Positions 32,393 to 41,588 of a stretch of DNA of 64,000 bases are shown in pieces. The DNA is from an uncultured Woeseiaceae bacterium. GTDB taxonomy: Bacteria > Acidobacteriota > Vicinamibacteria > Vicinamibacterales > UBA823. How positions within the stretch are numbered: the stretch's first letter is position 1; each line of letters opens with the position of its first letter. Location: assembly GCA_964569695.1 (NCBI GenBank), contig CAZMUA010000005.1, positions 18,904 through 82,903 of the forward strand, written 5' to 3'. The notes under the pieces were generated by a model. The model did no database searches. It saw only the letters and a program-made list of their open reading frames with translations, and was not told the DNA's origin. The position numbers and the translations under genes were made by a program.

Positions 32393-34534
32393 ATGAAAAA
32401 CAAAGTCGCCATTTTTGCATGGCTTGTGATTTTGGCCAGCTGCAATGGAGGGGGCCCGGAAGAGTGGCCCGTTTATCAGGGGTTTGGAAGCAATCAATAC
32501 TCTGCCCTCGATCAGATAAATCGTAAAAACGTGCACACATTGGAGGTTGCTTGGACTTATCGAACAGGGGATAGCGATCCCGACAACCGTTCTCAAATTC
32601 AAGCGAACCCGATTGTCGTGGATGGCATTTTGTATGCGACATCAGCTCAATTGAAGGTGTTTGCTCTTGATGCTGCGACCGGTTTACATCGATGGACTTT
32701 TGATCCTTTTGCCGGTTCTGCTTTCAAGACCGAAGGCAGTGAAAACGGCTACGATTTATTTGGTGCAGGTGTAAGTCGTGGTGTTACTTATTGGGAGGAT
32801 GGGGAAGACCGTAGGATCTTCTCTACGGGAGGCTCGCTTCTCTACGCAATTGAAGCATCGACCGGTCACCTCATTACAACATTTGGTGATAAGGGTGCGA
32901 TTGATTTACATGATGGCCTTGGTCGCGATGTTGAAGATCTGTTCATTGTTTCGAACACTCCGGGCGTTGTTTATAAAGATTTGTTAATTCTGCCGACGCG
33001 TGTAGCGGAAGGAACGAAGGCGGCTCCAGGACACATTCGGGCCTACGACGTACGAACGGGAGAAATTGCTTGGATCTTTCACACGATTCCCCAACCCGGT
33101 GAATTTGGCTATGAAACCTGGCCAAAGGAAGCTTGGAAATCTACTGGTGGTGCGAACAATTGGGCTGGGATGACAGTTGATTATGATCGCGGTGTGGTCT
33201 ATGTGCCCACTGGATCGGCTACCCCAGATTTTTACGGAGGTGATCGCATAGGTGCGAATCTCTTCGCCAATACGCTACTCGCTCTTGATGCGTCAACCGG
33301 ACACTTAATCTGGCATTATCAAGTTGTTCGACACGACCTCTGGGATCGCGATCTACCAGCACCTCCGAATCTTGTTAGTGTTACTCATGCAGGCCAACAG
33401 CATGACGCAGTAGCGCAGATTACAAAATCTGGCCATGTTTTCCTGTTTGATCGAGATACTGGTGAGTCCTTGTTTCCTATAGAGGAACGCGAGACGCCGC
33501 CGTCTGATCTTTCTGGTGAGGTTGCGTGGAAGACGCAACCGGTGCCACTGAAGCCTCCACCGTTTTCGCGTCAAGTGTTTTTGCAGGATGACGTAACCGA
33601 GATTTCTTCAAACGCAAGGTCTGAAGCATTGGAACAGTTGTCACGTGTTCGTACGGGTGATCCTTTTACTCCACCTAGTCGTGAAGGGACCATAATTTTT
33701 CCCGGATATGACGGTGGAGGAGAATGGGGTGGTGCGGCTGTCGATCCCAATGGCATTCTTTATGTAAATGCCAACGAGATGCCGTGGATTCTCAGGATGA
33801 TTAAAGTCGATGACGATATGCAAAATCCTGGTCAGGCGGTTTATTCTAACGAATGTCTCTATTGCCATGGTGTTGACGGCCGAGGAGATCCTTTGGGAAT
33901 CCATCCCTCACTGGCCGATGTGCCAACGAAGTTGACGAAGTCAACTGTCGCTCGAATCATTACCCGTGGTGTAGGTGTGATGCCGTCACACGAGTATCTT
34001 TCTGAGCAAGAAGTTGATGACCTAGTTGCGTACCTGTTTAGTGAGAACGCTTTAATTTCTGACGATAACCAAGAGAAAGAAACAATCCAAGATGCTGGTG
34101 ATGAAAACTACAGTTCGACCGGCTATGTTCGGTTTCTCGACTCAAATGGATATCCGGCGATTAAACCACCTTGGGGAACGCTGACTGCGATTGACCTTAA
34201 TATAGGCAAACTCCTTTGGCAGGTTACATTGGGCGAATTTGAATTGTTAACTCAAAAAGGATTTTCACCCACCGGTACTGAAAATTATGGAGGTCCTATT
34301 GTGACTGCAGGGGGACTTCTATTCATTGCTGCGACGCAGGATGAAATGTTTCGGGGATTTGATATACGGGATGGTGCACTTCTGTGGGAAACTAAATTAC
34401 CAGCGGGCGGCTATGCAACACCTGCTACGTATATGATTGATGGACGACAAATTGTGGTTGTTGCAGCGGGTGGCGGCAAGATGGGTACCAAGTCTGGCGA
34501 TGCCTACGTTGCATTCGCGTTGCCAGACGACTAG
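32393..34534 (+). CDS. PQQ-dependent dehydrogenase (glucose/quinate/shikimate-type beta-propeller) lipoprotein with an internal cytochrome c domain
   Basis: From the Met at 32393 the signal peptide is 'MKNKVAIFAWLVILASC' (lipobox LASC). Propeller repeats run throughout. A heme motif 'CLYCHG' with 'GVMPSH' is inserted ahead of the last about 150 aa of the propeller. The longest ORF starts at 32303. Confidence 0.8.
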   Translation: MKNKVAIFAWLVILASCNGGGPEEWPVYQGFGSNQYSALDQINRKNVHTLEVAWTYRTGDSDPDNRSQIQANPIVVDGILYATSAQLKVFALDAATGLHRWTFDPFAGSAFKTEGSENGYDLFGAGVSRGVTYWEDGEDRRIFSTGGSLLYAIEASTGHLITTFGDKGAIDLHDGLGRDVEDLFIVSNTPGVVYKDLLILPTRVAEGTKAAPGHIRAYDVRTGEIAWIFHTIPQPGEFGYETWPKEAWKSTGGANNWAGMTVDYDRGVVYVPTGSATPDFYGGDRIGANLFANTLLALDASTGHLIWHYQVVRHDLWDRDLPAPPNLVSVTHAGQQHDAVAQITKSGHVFLFDRDTGESLFPIEERETPPSDLSGEVAWKTQPVPLKPPPFSRQVFLQDDVTEISSNARSEALEQLSRVRTGDPFTPPSREGTIIFPGYDGGGEWGGAAVDPNGILYVNANEMPWILRMIKVDDDMQNPGQAVYSNECLYCHGVDGRGDPLGIHPSLADVPTKLTKSTVARIITRGVGVMPSHEYLSEQEVDDLVAYLFSENALISDDNQEKETIQDAGDENYSSTGYVRFLDSNGYPAIKPPWGTLTAIDLNIGKLLWQVTLGEFELLTQKGFSPTGTENYGGPIVTAGGLLFIAATQDEMFRGFDIRDGALLWETKLPAGGYATPATYMIDGRQIVVVAAGGGKMGTKSGDAYVAFALPDD

Positions 34535-34550
34535 CACAGTGTGAATTATT

Positions 34551-35933
34551 GTGAAGAAAGATCTCAGATATTTTCTTCGGTATATCGAGAAGCATGCGCC
34601 TGAGTTGTTAATGAAAGTGCCTGGCGAGGTAAATCCTCGTTGGGAACTTTCGGCAGTACAAAAACGCCTCGAAGTGGATCGGAGACTTCCGGTACTTCAA
34701 TTTCAAAAAGTGGTCGGTTCTACAATGCCGGTCATTTCGAATTTATTTGCGAGCAAGACCCACTTAGCGCTAGCGCTTGAAACGACTCCGGAAAACGTTA
34801 TTCCACGGTTTGCAGAGGCTCAAGTCAACGGTCTTGCCCCACGTAATGTCAGTAGTGGACCTATTAAGGATGTGGTTCTGACCGGCGATAATGTTGACCT
34901 GAACGTCCTGCCGATAGTGACTCATTGCGAAAAGGATGCCGGTCCTTATCTCTCGTCAGGTGTGACAATTATGCGGGACCCGGTATCAGGATCATTGAAT
35001 GCAGGTATCTACCGAAATCTAGTCACGTCACCGACGACATTAACCATGAATATGGCGCCGTTGTGTCATGGATCAGAAATAGCTGCCGACGCAGAAAAAG
35101 CCAAAGATGATGTGGAGGCAGCAATTGTCGTCGGGCATCATCCAGCCTTAGCTATTTCCTCGCAGCAGAGAGGTCAACGGAGCGAGCTCGAACTCAACAC
35201 GATGGGAGCCTTACTCGAGGAACCCTTGGATATGGTACCTGCGGAAACGATTGACCTGCCTGTTCCAGCCGATGCAGAAATTGTCATAGAGGGTCGGATC
35301 AGAACTGACGCGTGGGCTGATGATGGACCCTTTGGGGATTACTGGCTCTATTATGCTCCACCGAAACCAGCACGAGTTTTCGAGGTTACCGCAATTACGC
35401 ATCGGCGGGACGCACTTTTTCACGATATCTTTAGCGTAGGTCCGGAACATTTGACCCTATTTTCCCTTGGTATGGAGGGGGTCGTTTTCTCCCAACTTAA
35501 GCAGCTTGTACCGGACCTCATAGCGATCAATGTCCCAGTCTGTGGTTCGGGCAACTTAGTCTATGTGCAGATTAGAAAAGGTCTCGACGGACAGGGGGTC
35601 AATGCGGCAATAGCGGCACTCGGTGCTTATAGGTTTAAGTGTGCCGTAGTTGTGGATGAAGACGTGGATATTAATGATGATGGAAAGGTGCTTTGGGCGA
35701 TGATGACGCGAACACAGGCTGATCGCTCGATTTTTATGATTCCGGGCTCTTACGTATCACGTGTTGACCCTACGGGGTACCCTGCATGGCAAACAGGTAA
35801 TGAAGGGGCACCCTTGCTTAGTACCCGTCTTGGCATCGACGCAACTAAACCTCTCGATCCGGCATTTCCTGAAGTGGCCGAGCCTCCAAGTGAGTTGTGG
35901 ACCAATTTGGATTTGAAACGGTATTTAAAATGA
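34551..35933 (+). CDS. UbiD-family (prFMN-dependent) decarboxylase
   Basis: 460 aa with a UbiD-like N-terminus 'DLRYFLRYIEKHAPELL' and UbiD-like overall layout. GTG start. No ubiX in the window. Confidence 0.8.
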   Translation: MKKDLRYFLRYIEKHAPELLMKVPGEVNPRWELSAVQKRLEVDRRLPVLQFQKVVGSTMPVISNLFASKTHLALALETTPENVIPRFAEAQVNGLAPRNVSSGPIKDVVLTGDNVDLNVLPIVTHCEKDAGPYLSSGVTIMRDPVSGSLNAGIYRNLVTSPTTLTMNMAPLCHGSEIAADAEKAKDDVEAAIVVGHHPALAISSQQRGQRSELELNTMGALLEEPLDMVPAETIDLPVPADAEIVIEGRIRTDAWADDGPFGDYWLYYAPPKPARVFEVTAITHRRDALFHDIFSVGPEHLTLFSLGMEGVVFSQLKQLVPDLIAINVPVCGSGNLVYVQIRKGLDGQGVNAAIAALGAYRFKCAVVVDEDVDINDDGKVLWAMMTRTQADRSIFMIPGSYVSRVDPTGYPAWQTGNEGAPLLSTRLGIDATKPLDPAFPEVAEPPSELWTNLDLKRYLK

Positions 35934-36919
35934 GAGCGGTTCGCACCTTCGGCTGCGTCCTGGCGCTGCTCGCCTCTCTTGTCTTGTCGGTTAAATCTGC
36001 GCAAGAGAATCTTAAGTCAATCACGTTTCTAACAAATTATGTTTTTATTGGTCGCCATGCGCCGTTTTTTGTCGGCAAGGAAAAGGGTTTCTATCGAGAG
36101 GCAGGGTTTGACATCAATATCCTACCAGCGACTGGGAGTGCGTTTGTTATTACTGCGCTGGAAGGACGCCAAGCTGACTATGGCATGGTTGAAGCTGCGT
36201 CCTTGGTGCAGGCGATTGCTCAAGGCGCCTCCGTAAAGGCGTTTGGTGTATACATGGATCAGAGCACCAGCGGACTTGCTTCGCTGGAACCGTATCCAAC
36301 ATTAGGAAGTCTTAAGGGTAAGACTGTCGCTGCTTCTCTGACAGACAGTGCACGAGTGATTTTGCCAAGTGTTCTCGCTGAAGGTCAATTGGATGAATCA
36401 ACTTTTGATTGGTTGACGGCAGATCCTGGCGTCTATTTTTCATTACTTCTCTCAGGCCGCGCGGACTTGGTGACTGCAGGGAGTGACAGCGATGTACCGA
36501 CACTGCAAAGAATTGTGGAACCCAGAGGTCGCACGGTGCATTTCTCTTCCTTTGCTGATTGGGGATACGATGTTTATGGGTATTTTCTTGTGGCACACAG
36601 CGATCGACTCAGGTTACGGCAAGAGGAGGTAAGAGCATTTGCGACAGCTACTGCTACTGCGGTCGATTACGCAATCAGGCATCCCGAGGAAGCTGCGCGT
36701 ATTATGGCTCGGTATAGTCCAGCACTTGATGAGGTGACCGCTCTAGCGCATTGGAAAGGTTCGATCAGCGCGATGAATACGACTGCCGTTCAACACACAG
36801 GTTACGGTTTAGCGACACAAGAACGTTTGCAGCGGAGCATTGATTTTGTCGGACGGGCATTCGAATTCCAAACCGAAGTTACGCCGGACGATCTTTACGC
36901 TCAGGGTTTCTTGCCCTAG
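35930..36919 (+). CDS. ABC transporter substrate-binding protein, NMT1/THI5-SsuA/TauA-like (NitT/TauT family)
   Basis: The Met at 35930 overlaps the UbiD stop (ATGA) and yields the signal peptide 'MRAVRTFGCVLALLASLVLSVKSAQE'. The longest ORF starts at 35897. Confidence 0.8.
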   Translation: MRAVRTFGCVLALLASLVLSVKSAQENLKSITFLTNYVFIGRHAPFFVGKEKGFYREAGFDINILPATGSAFVITALEGRQADYGMVEAASLVQAIAQGASVKAFGVYMDQSTSGLASLEPYPTLGSLKGKTVAASLTDSARVILPSVLAEGQLDESTFDWLTADPGVYFSLLLSGRADLVTAGSDSDVPTLQRIVEPRGRTVHFSSFADWGYDVYGYFLVAHSDRLRLRQEEVRAFATATATAVDYAIRHPEEAARIMARYSPALDEVTALAHWKGSISAMNTTAVQHTGYGLATQERLQRSIDFVGRAFEFQTEVTPDDLYAQGFLP

Positions 36920-36955
36920 TTAAAGGGATCAAGACTTTGTGTTGAGAAATAGATC

Positions 36956-37732
36956 CTATTGCCGTCGAGAGGGCCGCCAGGTGAAAGCAAGTTCCTCGAT
37001 GAGCACCACGAACCCTATACCCGCACTTGTAAAAATTGTAATCGCTAGCAAGCAGGCAAACACTAAAGGTGTATCAAGATTGAATTGAGCTGAGAGTATC
37101 AAATAACCTACACCTCGATTCCCACCGATAAATTCTCCGACTACAGATCCGACGAGTGCAAGGGGAAATGCCACTTTCAGGGCATCGGTCAAGTGAGGCA
37201 GAGCATGTATCAACCGGACCTTTCTGAAAATTCTGAATTCTGAACCTCCAAATAGGCGCGCTAGGTTGAGCATATCTGGTTCGATCTCATTTAAACCAGT
37301 CACCGCATTTACAAAAATTGGGAAAAGGGCCATGAGAAAAGCCAAAAGAATTTTTGGTTCGTCTCCTAGGCCAAACCAGATTACAAAAAGTGGTGCTATG
37401 GCAACTTTTGGAATTCCGTTGAATGCTGCTAAGAAGGGCAATATTAGAAGTTTCAATGGCCGAACGTAAACCACGAGTAACGCCAGTAGGACTCCTAGAA
37501 TCAGTGCAAGTGCTAAACCGAACAGAGTAGTTGTTGCTGTAATCCCAAGGTGTTCGACTTGCAGGGGGAGTGTTTCAAAAAATCTATTGAAGAACTGTGA
37601 AGGGGCTGGAAGTATGTAATCTGGGATATTGGCCCACACCACTCCATACTCCCAGACCGTTAATCCGGCCATAAGTCCGATGATCAGCACAGACAGTCGT
37701 TTTAAATTAAGTACCTTGGTTATTCGCTCCAC
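36956..37732 (-). CDS. ABC transporter permease (NitT/TauT family, SsuC-like)
   Basis: 258 aa with about 6 TM segments and a BPD-type permease layout. It overlaps the upstream ATPase gene by 13 nt. Confidence 0.85.
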   Translation of the reverse strand: MERITKVLNLKRLSVLIIGLMAGLTVWEYGVVWANIPDYILPAPSQFFNRFFETLPLQVEHLGITATTTLFGLALALILGVLLALLVVYVRPLKLLILPFLAAFNGIPKVAIAPLFVIWFGLGDEPKILLAFLMALFPIFVNAVTGLNEIEPDMLNLARLFGGSEFRIFRKVRLIHALPHLTDALKVAFPLALVGSVVGEFIGGNRGVGYLILSAQFNLDTPLVFACLLAITIFTSAGIGFVVLIEELAFTWRPSRRQ

Positions 37733-38499
37733 TCTGTTTCCAGTTCTTTCCTAATGGCAGCAGACAATTCCAAAAAACGAGAGTCTTGCAGCGTCGTGGT
37801 CGTTCGAGGGCGTGGCAAGTCGACGTTGATTGTCGCTTGAACGCGTCCGGGTCTCGGGCTCATGATGATTACTCGGTCCGACAATAGGACGGCTTCAGTG
37901 ATGCTGTGTGTAACAAATACGACGGTGTTCATTGTCTCCATCCAGATACGCTGCAGGCGAAACCCTAGGTTTTCACGAGTAATGACATCAAGTGCACCGA
38001 ACGGTTCGTCCATAAGTAGTAGGGTTGGATCGAGAAGTAACGCACGGCAAATTGAGACACGCTGTTGCATACCTCCAGACAGTTCATGGGGGAAGCTGTT
38101 TCCGAAAGCTTCAAGTCCAGCTAGTTGCAGTAACCCCTGCGCTTGTTTCCGATAGGTATCCGGACTTAGTCCACGCATCTCTGCCGTAAACAAAATATTG
38201 TCCATGGTTCGTCGCCAAGGTAAAAGCACTGGGGACTGAAAGACCATGGCCGCCCCTGGAACTGGCCCGTGAACTTCTTGTCCGTGAACAGTGATCAGGC
38301 CACCAGTCGGTGTGTTGAGTCCTGCAATTAGGCGCAGAGTGGTGGACTTTCCGCACCCACTTGGACCGACGATGGTCAGAAATTCTCGATCTCCTGCCTC
38401 GAAAGAGAGTTCGTCGAGTGCTGTTACACTTTGAAACACTTGAGATAGGCGGTCTACGACTAATGCCGAACGTTGGGAAGTATCGTGAGACACTGTCAT
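37720..38499 (-). CDS. ABC transporter ATP-binding protein (SsuB/TauB-like)
   Basis: 259 aa with Walker A 'GPSGCGKST', signature 'LSGGMQQR' and Walker B 'LLLMDEP'. Confidence 0.9.
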   Translation of the reverse strand: MTVSHDTSQRSALVVDRLSQVFQSVTALDELSFEAGDREFLTIVGPSGCGKSTTLRLIAGLNTPTGGLITVHGQEVHGPVPGAAMVFQSPVLLPWRRTMDNILFTAEMRGLSPDTYRKQAQGLLQLAGLEAFGNSFPHELSGGMQQRVSICRALLLDPTLLLMDEPFGALDVITRENLGFRLQRIWMETMNTVVFVTHSITEAVLLSDRVIIMSPRPGRVQATINVDLPRPRTTTTLQDSRFLELSAAIRKELETEWSE

Positions 38500-38529
38500 C
38501 GGATTGGAACCGCTATAATTAGGAACATC

Positions 38530-39963
38530 TTGCGTATTTCATCAGGAAACTTGCTTGTGGCGCTTATTATCATGGGCAGCGGACTCGGTTGCGCTAGCCA
38601 GTCCTCTGTCGAAGACGTTGTCTCCAGATTACAGATACAACCTAACATTGTATATATCCTAGCCGACGATCTCGGTTATGGGGACCTTGGCGTCTATGGT
38701 CAGGAATTGATTAGCACACCGAATATTGACCGACTTGCTGCAGGAGGTATGCGGTTCACTCAACATTATGCTGGATCGACAGTCTGCGCACCTTCGAGAG
38801 CTTCACTGATGTCAGGTTTGCACACCGGTCACACCTACATACGCGGCAATAAGCCTATATTTCCAGAAGGGCAATATCCGATCCCGGCTTCTAGAATTAC
38901 GATTGCGGAAGTATTAAAGGACGTTGGATACAAGACGGCGGCAATTGGTAAATGGGGCCTTGGTGCACCGGGAACAGAAGGTTTACCAACTCGACAAGGC
39001 TTCGACTACTTTTTTGGTTACAACGATCAACGAGAAGCACATAGTTACTACCCAGATCATTTGTGGCGTAATGAAGAACGGATAGACCTGCCGGAAAACG
39101 AGAAGGGTCAGCGTGGTACGTATAGCCATGACCTTCTTACTGATGAAGTGTTGAAATTCTTGCAGGAAGGAAGAACTGAGGAGCCTTTCTTTCTATATAT
39201 CCCTTACACGATACCTCACGCTGCGCTGGATGTACCTGATGATTCGATGCTGGCGTATGAGGGAGAATTTGAGGAAACACCATGGGAAGCGGAGGGTAGC
39301 TATATTGGGCAGGAGACACCGCGGACGGCATTTGCGGCCATGGTGTCGCGGCTCGATGCTGACATTGGGCGAATTCTGCATACTCTAGAAACCCAAGGGT
39401 TACTCGACCAAACGCTGGTCATTTTCACGAGCGATAACGGGCCCCATCAAGAAGCAGGCGCTGACCCAACCTTTTTCAATAGCAGCGGTGGTTTGCGCGG
39501 TATGAAACGCGATCTATATGAGGGAGGCATTCGCGTTCCCATGATTGCGATGTGGCAAGGTGTTATTCAAGCAAATTCGACAACTGATCATGTTTCATCC
39601 TTTTGGGATGTCATGCCAACACTGTGCGCAATGGTAGGTGTTGATCCGCCTCCAAATATTGATGGGATTTCGTTTCTTCCCACCTTACTTGGTGAATCTC
39701 AAATCGCACACGATTACCTCTATTGGGAGTTTCATGAACAGGGTGGTAAGCAGGCTATCAGAATGAACAACTGGAAAGGCGTACGCCTGAATGTTCATGA
39801 TAATCGCGCGGCTCCAATAGAGTTGTATGATCTCAGTCGAGATAGTCAAGAAGCTCTGGATCTGTCCTTTGATTATCCGAACATTGTCGCTCGGATTGCT
39901 CAATTAATGAATGAGGCCCATGCACCGTCTGATCTCTTTGTCTTCCCTGGAGAGGAACCATGA
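38530..39963 (+). CDS. formylglycine-type sulfatase (arylsulfatase family), secreted
   Basis: It has the canonical FGly motif 'CAPSRASLMSG' and 'DDLGYGDLG'. The start is uncertain: the longest ORF starts at 38473 and overlaps the divergent ATPase gene. TTG at 38530 gives a signal-peptide-like N-terminus (RISSGNLLVALIIMGSGLGCAS). Confidence 0.85.
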   Translation: MRISSGNLLVALIIMGSGLGCASQSSVEDVVSRLQIQPNIVYILADDLGYGDLGVYGQELISTPNIDRLAAGGMRFTQHYAGSTVCAPSRASLMSGLHTGHTYIRGNKPIFPEGQYPIPASRITIAEVLKDVGYKTAAIGKWGLGAPGTEGLPTRQGFDYFFGYNDQREAHSYYPDHLWRNEERIDLPENEKGQRGTYSHDLLTDEVLKFLQEGRTEEPFFLYIPYTIPHAALDVPDDSMLAYEGEFEETPWEAEGSYIGQETPRTAFAAMVSRLDADIGRILHTLETQGLLDQTLVIFTSDNGPHQEAGADPTFFNSSGGLRGMKRDLYEGGIRVPMIAMWQGVIQANSTTDHVSSFWDVMPTLCAMVGVDPPPNIDGISFLPTLLGESQIAHDYLYWEFHEQGGKQAIRMNNWKGVRLNVHDNRAAPIELYDLSRDSQEALDLSFDYPNIVARIAQLMNEAHAPSDLFVFPGEEP

Positions 39964-41555
39964 CGCAATGGGTGTCGACCCTGCTGAATCCATGGATGGA
40001 TCTCTGTCGGCAAGCTTCTATGAATAAGCCCTCATGCTTTCTAAGCCTTGCGATGCTAGTAATGTCGTGTGCCGGTGAAGTGTCAATTGATGACCTAGCA
40101 CCGTCAAAAGACTTAAATAAACCTAACATTCTCTGGATTATTGCTGAAGATTTAGGTCCGGAGTTGAGCGCGTATGGTCATCCTGAAGTCCAGACTCCAA
40201 ATCTGGATCGACTTGCGGCGGATGGCGTTCGGTATACCCATGCGTTCACCACATCTCCGGTGTGTTCGTCGAGTCGATCAGCTTTCATGACAGGTATGTA
40301 TCAGACGACGCTTGGCGCACACAATCACCGTTCTCATAGAGAAGACAACTACCCGCTTCCGGACGGAGTGCGTCTCATTACCGATTGGTTACGAGATGCT
40401 GATTACTTCACAGGTAATATCGTTGATTTGGCTGACAGTGATGAAGAATTTCATTACCGGGAAGTAATGGAGGAAGGTTTTGCCAAATTTTCTGGGACTG
40501 GCAAAACTGACTGGAATTTTCATTATGAAGGTGAACCCTTCGATACCAATCGCTGGAGTGATCTAGTACGTAACGAGCCTTTTTATGCGCAAGTGAACTT
40601 TCCAGAGACGCATCGTGGTTCGGAGTGGGACAATGCTCACACGCAAATCGTGCAACCCGCGAATCCAGGTGCCGTAAAGATGCCTCCGTACTATCCAGAT
40701 CACCCGGAAGCCCGTGCAGATTGGGCTCAGTATCTGAACGCGATCATGTCTTTAGATCGAAAAGTCGGTTTTGTACTGAATAGGCTTGAAGAGGATGGGT
40801 TAGCTCATCGAACTGTTGTCATATTCATGAGTGACCATGGACGAGCGATGGTGAGGGGGAAACAGTGGCCCTATGATAGTGGACTGCATGTTCCACTCAT
40901 TTTGCGGTGGCCCAATGAAATTGCAGCGCCCGAAGGATTCGCGGCTGGAACCGTAGACGATCGTCTCATTGCTTCAATTGATGTATCAGCGACCACGCTT
41001 GCAATTGCTGGTGTCACTCTTCCTACTAAAATGCAAGGGCAAGTCTTTCTAGGCGAAGACTCGCCAGCTCGAGCGTATGTTTTTGGTGGTCGCGATCGAG
41101 GAGATGAAACAATTGATCGAATTCGTACAGTTCGTGATGATCGATATCGCTACATTCGGAACTATTATCCGGAAAGAGGACTGCTACAACTCAATCGATA
41201 TAAAGAATTTACTTATCCCATGATTCCATTATTGCGGGAATTACACGAAGCAGGTCAGTTAACGCCTACACAGGCTGCCTTGTTGGCGCCGAGTCGACCT
41301 GAGGAAGAACTGTACCGCCTTGATATCGACCCGTTCGAAATAGACAATGTGGTCGACGATCCGGATCATGCCGCGTCACTCAAACGTCTCCGCCTTGCTT
41401 TGGATGAATGGATTATTAATTCGGATGATCAGGGTCGAACGCCTGAGTCACCCGAAATCTACGAGTACTGGGAACGCGAGATGAGCGAAATCTACGATGC
41501 TCGAATCAATCAGATGTTAAAAGAACGTCAGAATCGTAAGGTCACAAGAGACTAG
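39960..41555 (+). CDS. sulfatase-family enzyme with a non-canonical CSSSR active-site motif, secreted or lipoprotein
   Basis: 531 aa with 'IIAEDLGPEL' and 'SPVCSSSRSAFMTG' (40263-40277). ATG at 39960 overlaps the previous stop (ATGA). An alternative Met at 40020 gives 'MNKPSCFLSLAMLVMSC' (lipobox-like). Confidence 0.82.
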   Translation: MTQWVSTLLNPWMDLCRQASMNKPSCFLSLAMLVMSCAGEVSIDDLAPSKDLNKPNILWIIAEDLGPELSAYGHPEVQTPNLDRLAADGVRYTHAFTTSPVCSSSRSAFMTGMYQTTLGAHNHRSHREDNYPLPDGVRLITDWLRDADYFTGNIVDLADSDEEFHYREVMEEGFAKFSGTGKTDWNFHYEGEPFDTNRWSDLVRNEPFYAQVNFPETHRGSEWDNAHTQIVQPANPGAVKMPPYYPDHPEARADWAQYLNAIMSLDRKVGFVLNRLEEDGLAHRTVVIFMSDHGRAMVRGKQWPYDSGLHVPLILRWPNEIAAPEGFAAGTVDDRLIASIDVSATTLAIAGVTLPTKMQGQVFLGEDSPARAYVFGGRDRGDETIDRIRTVRDDRYRYIRNYYPERGLLQLNRYKEFTYPMIPLLRELHEAGQLTPTQAALLAPSRPEEELYRLDIDPFEIDNVVDDPDHAASLKRLRLALDEWIINSDDQGRTPESPEIYEYWEREMSEIYDARINQMLKERQNRKVTRD

Positions 41556-41588
41556 CCAGTCAGCCGAAGAGAAATATTGGTTTTCTGT

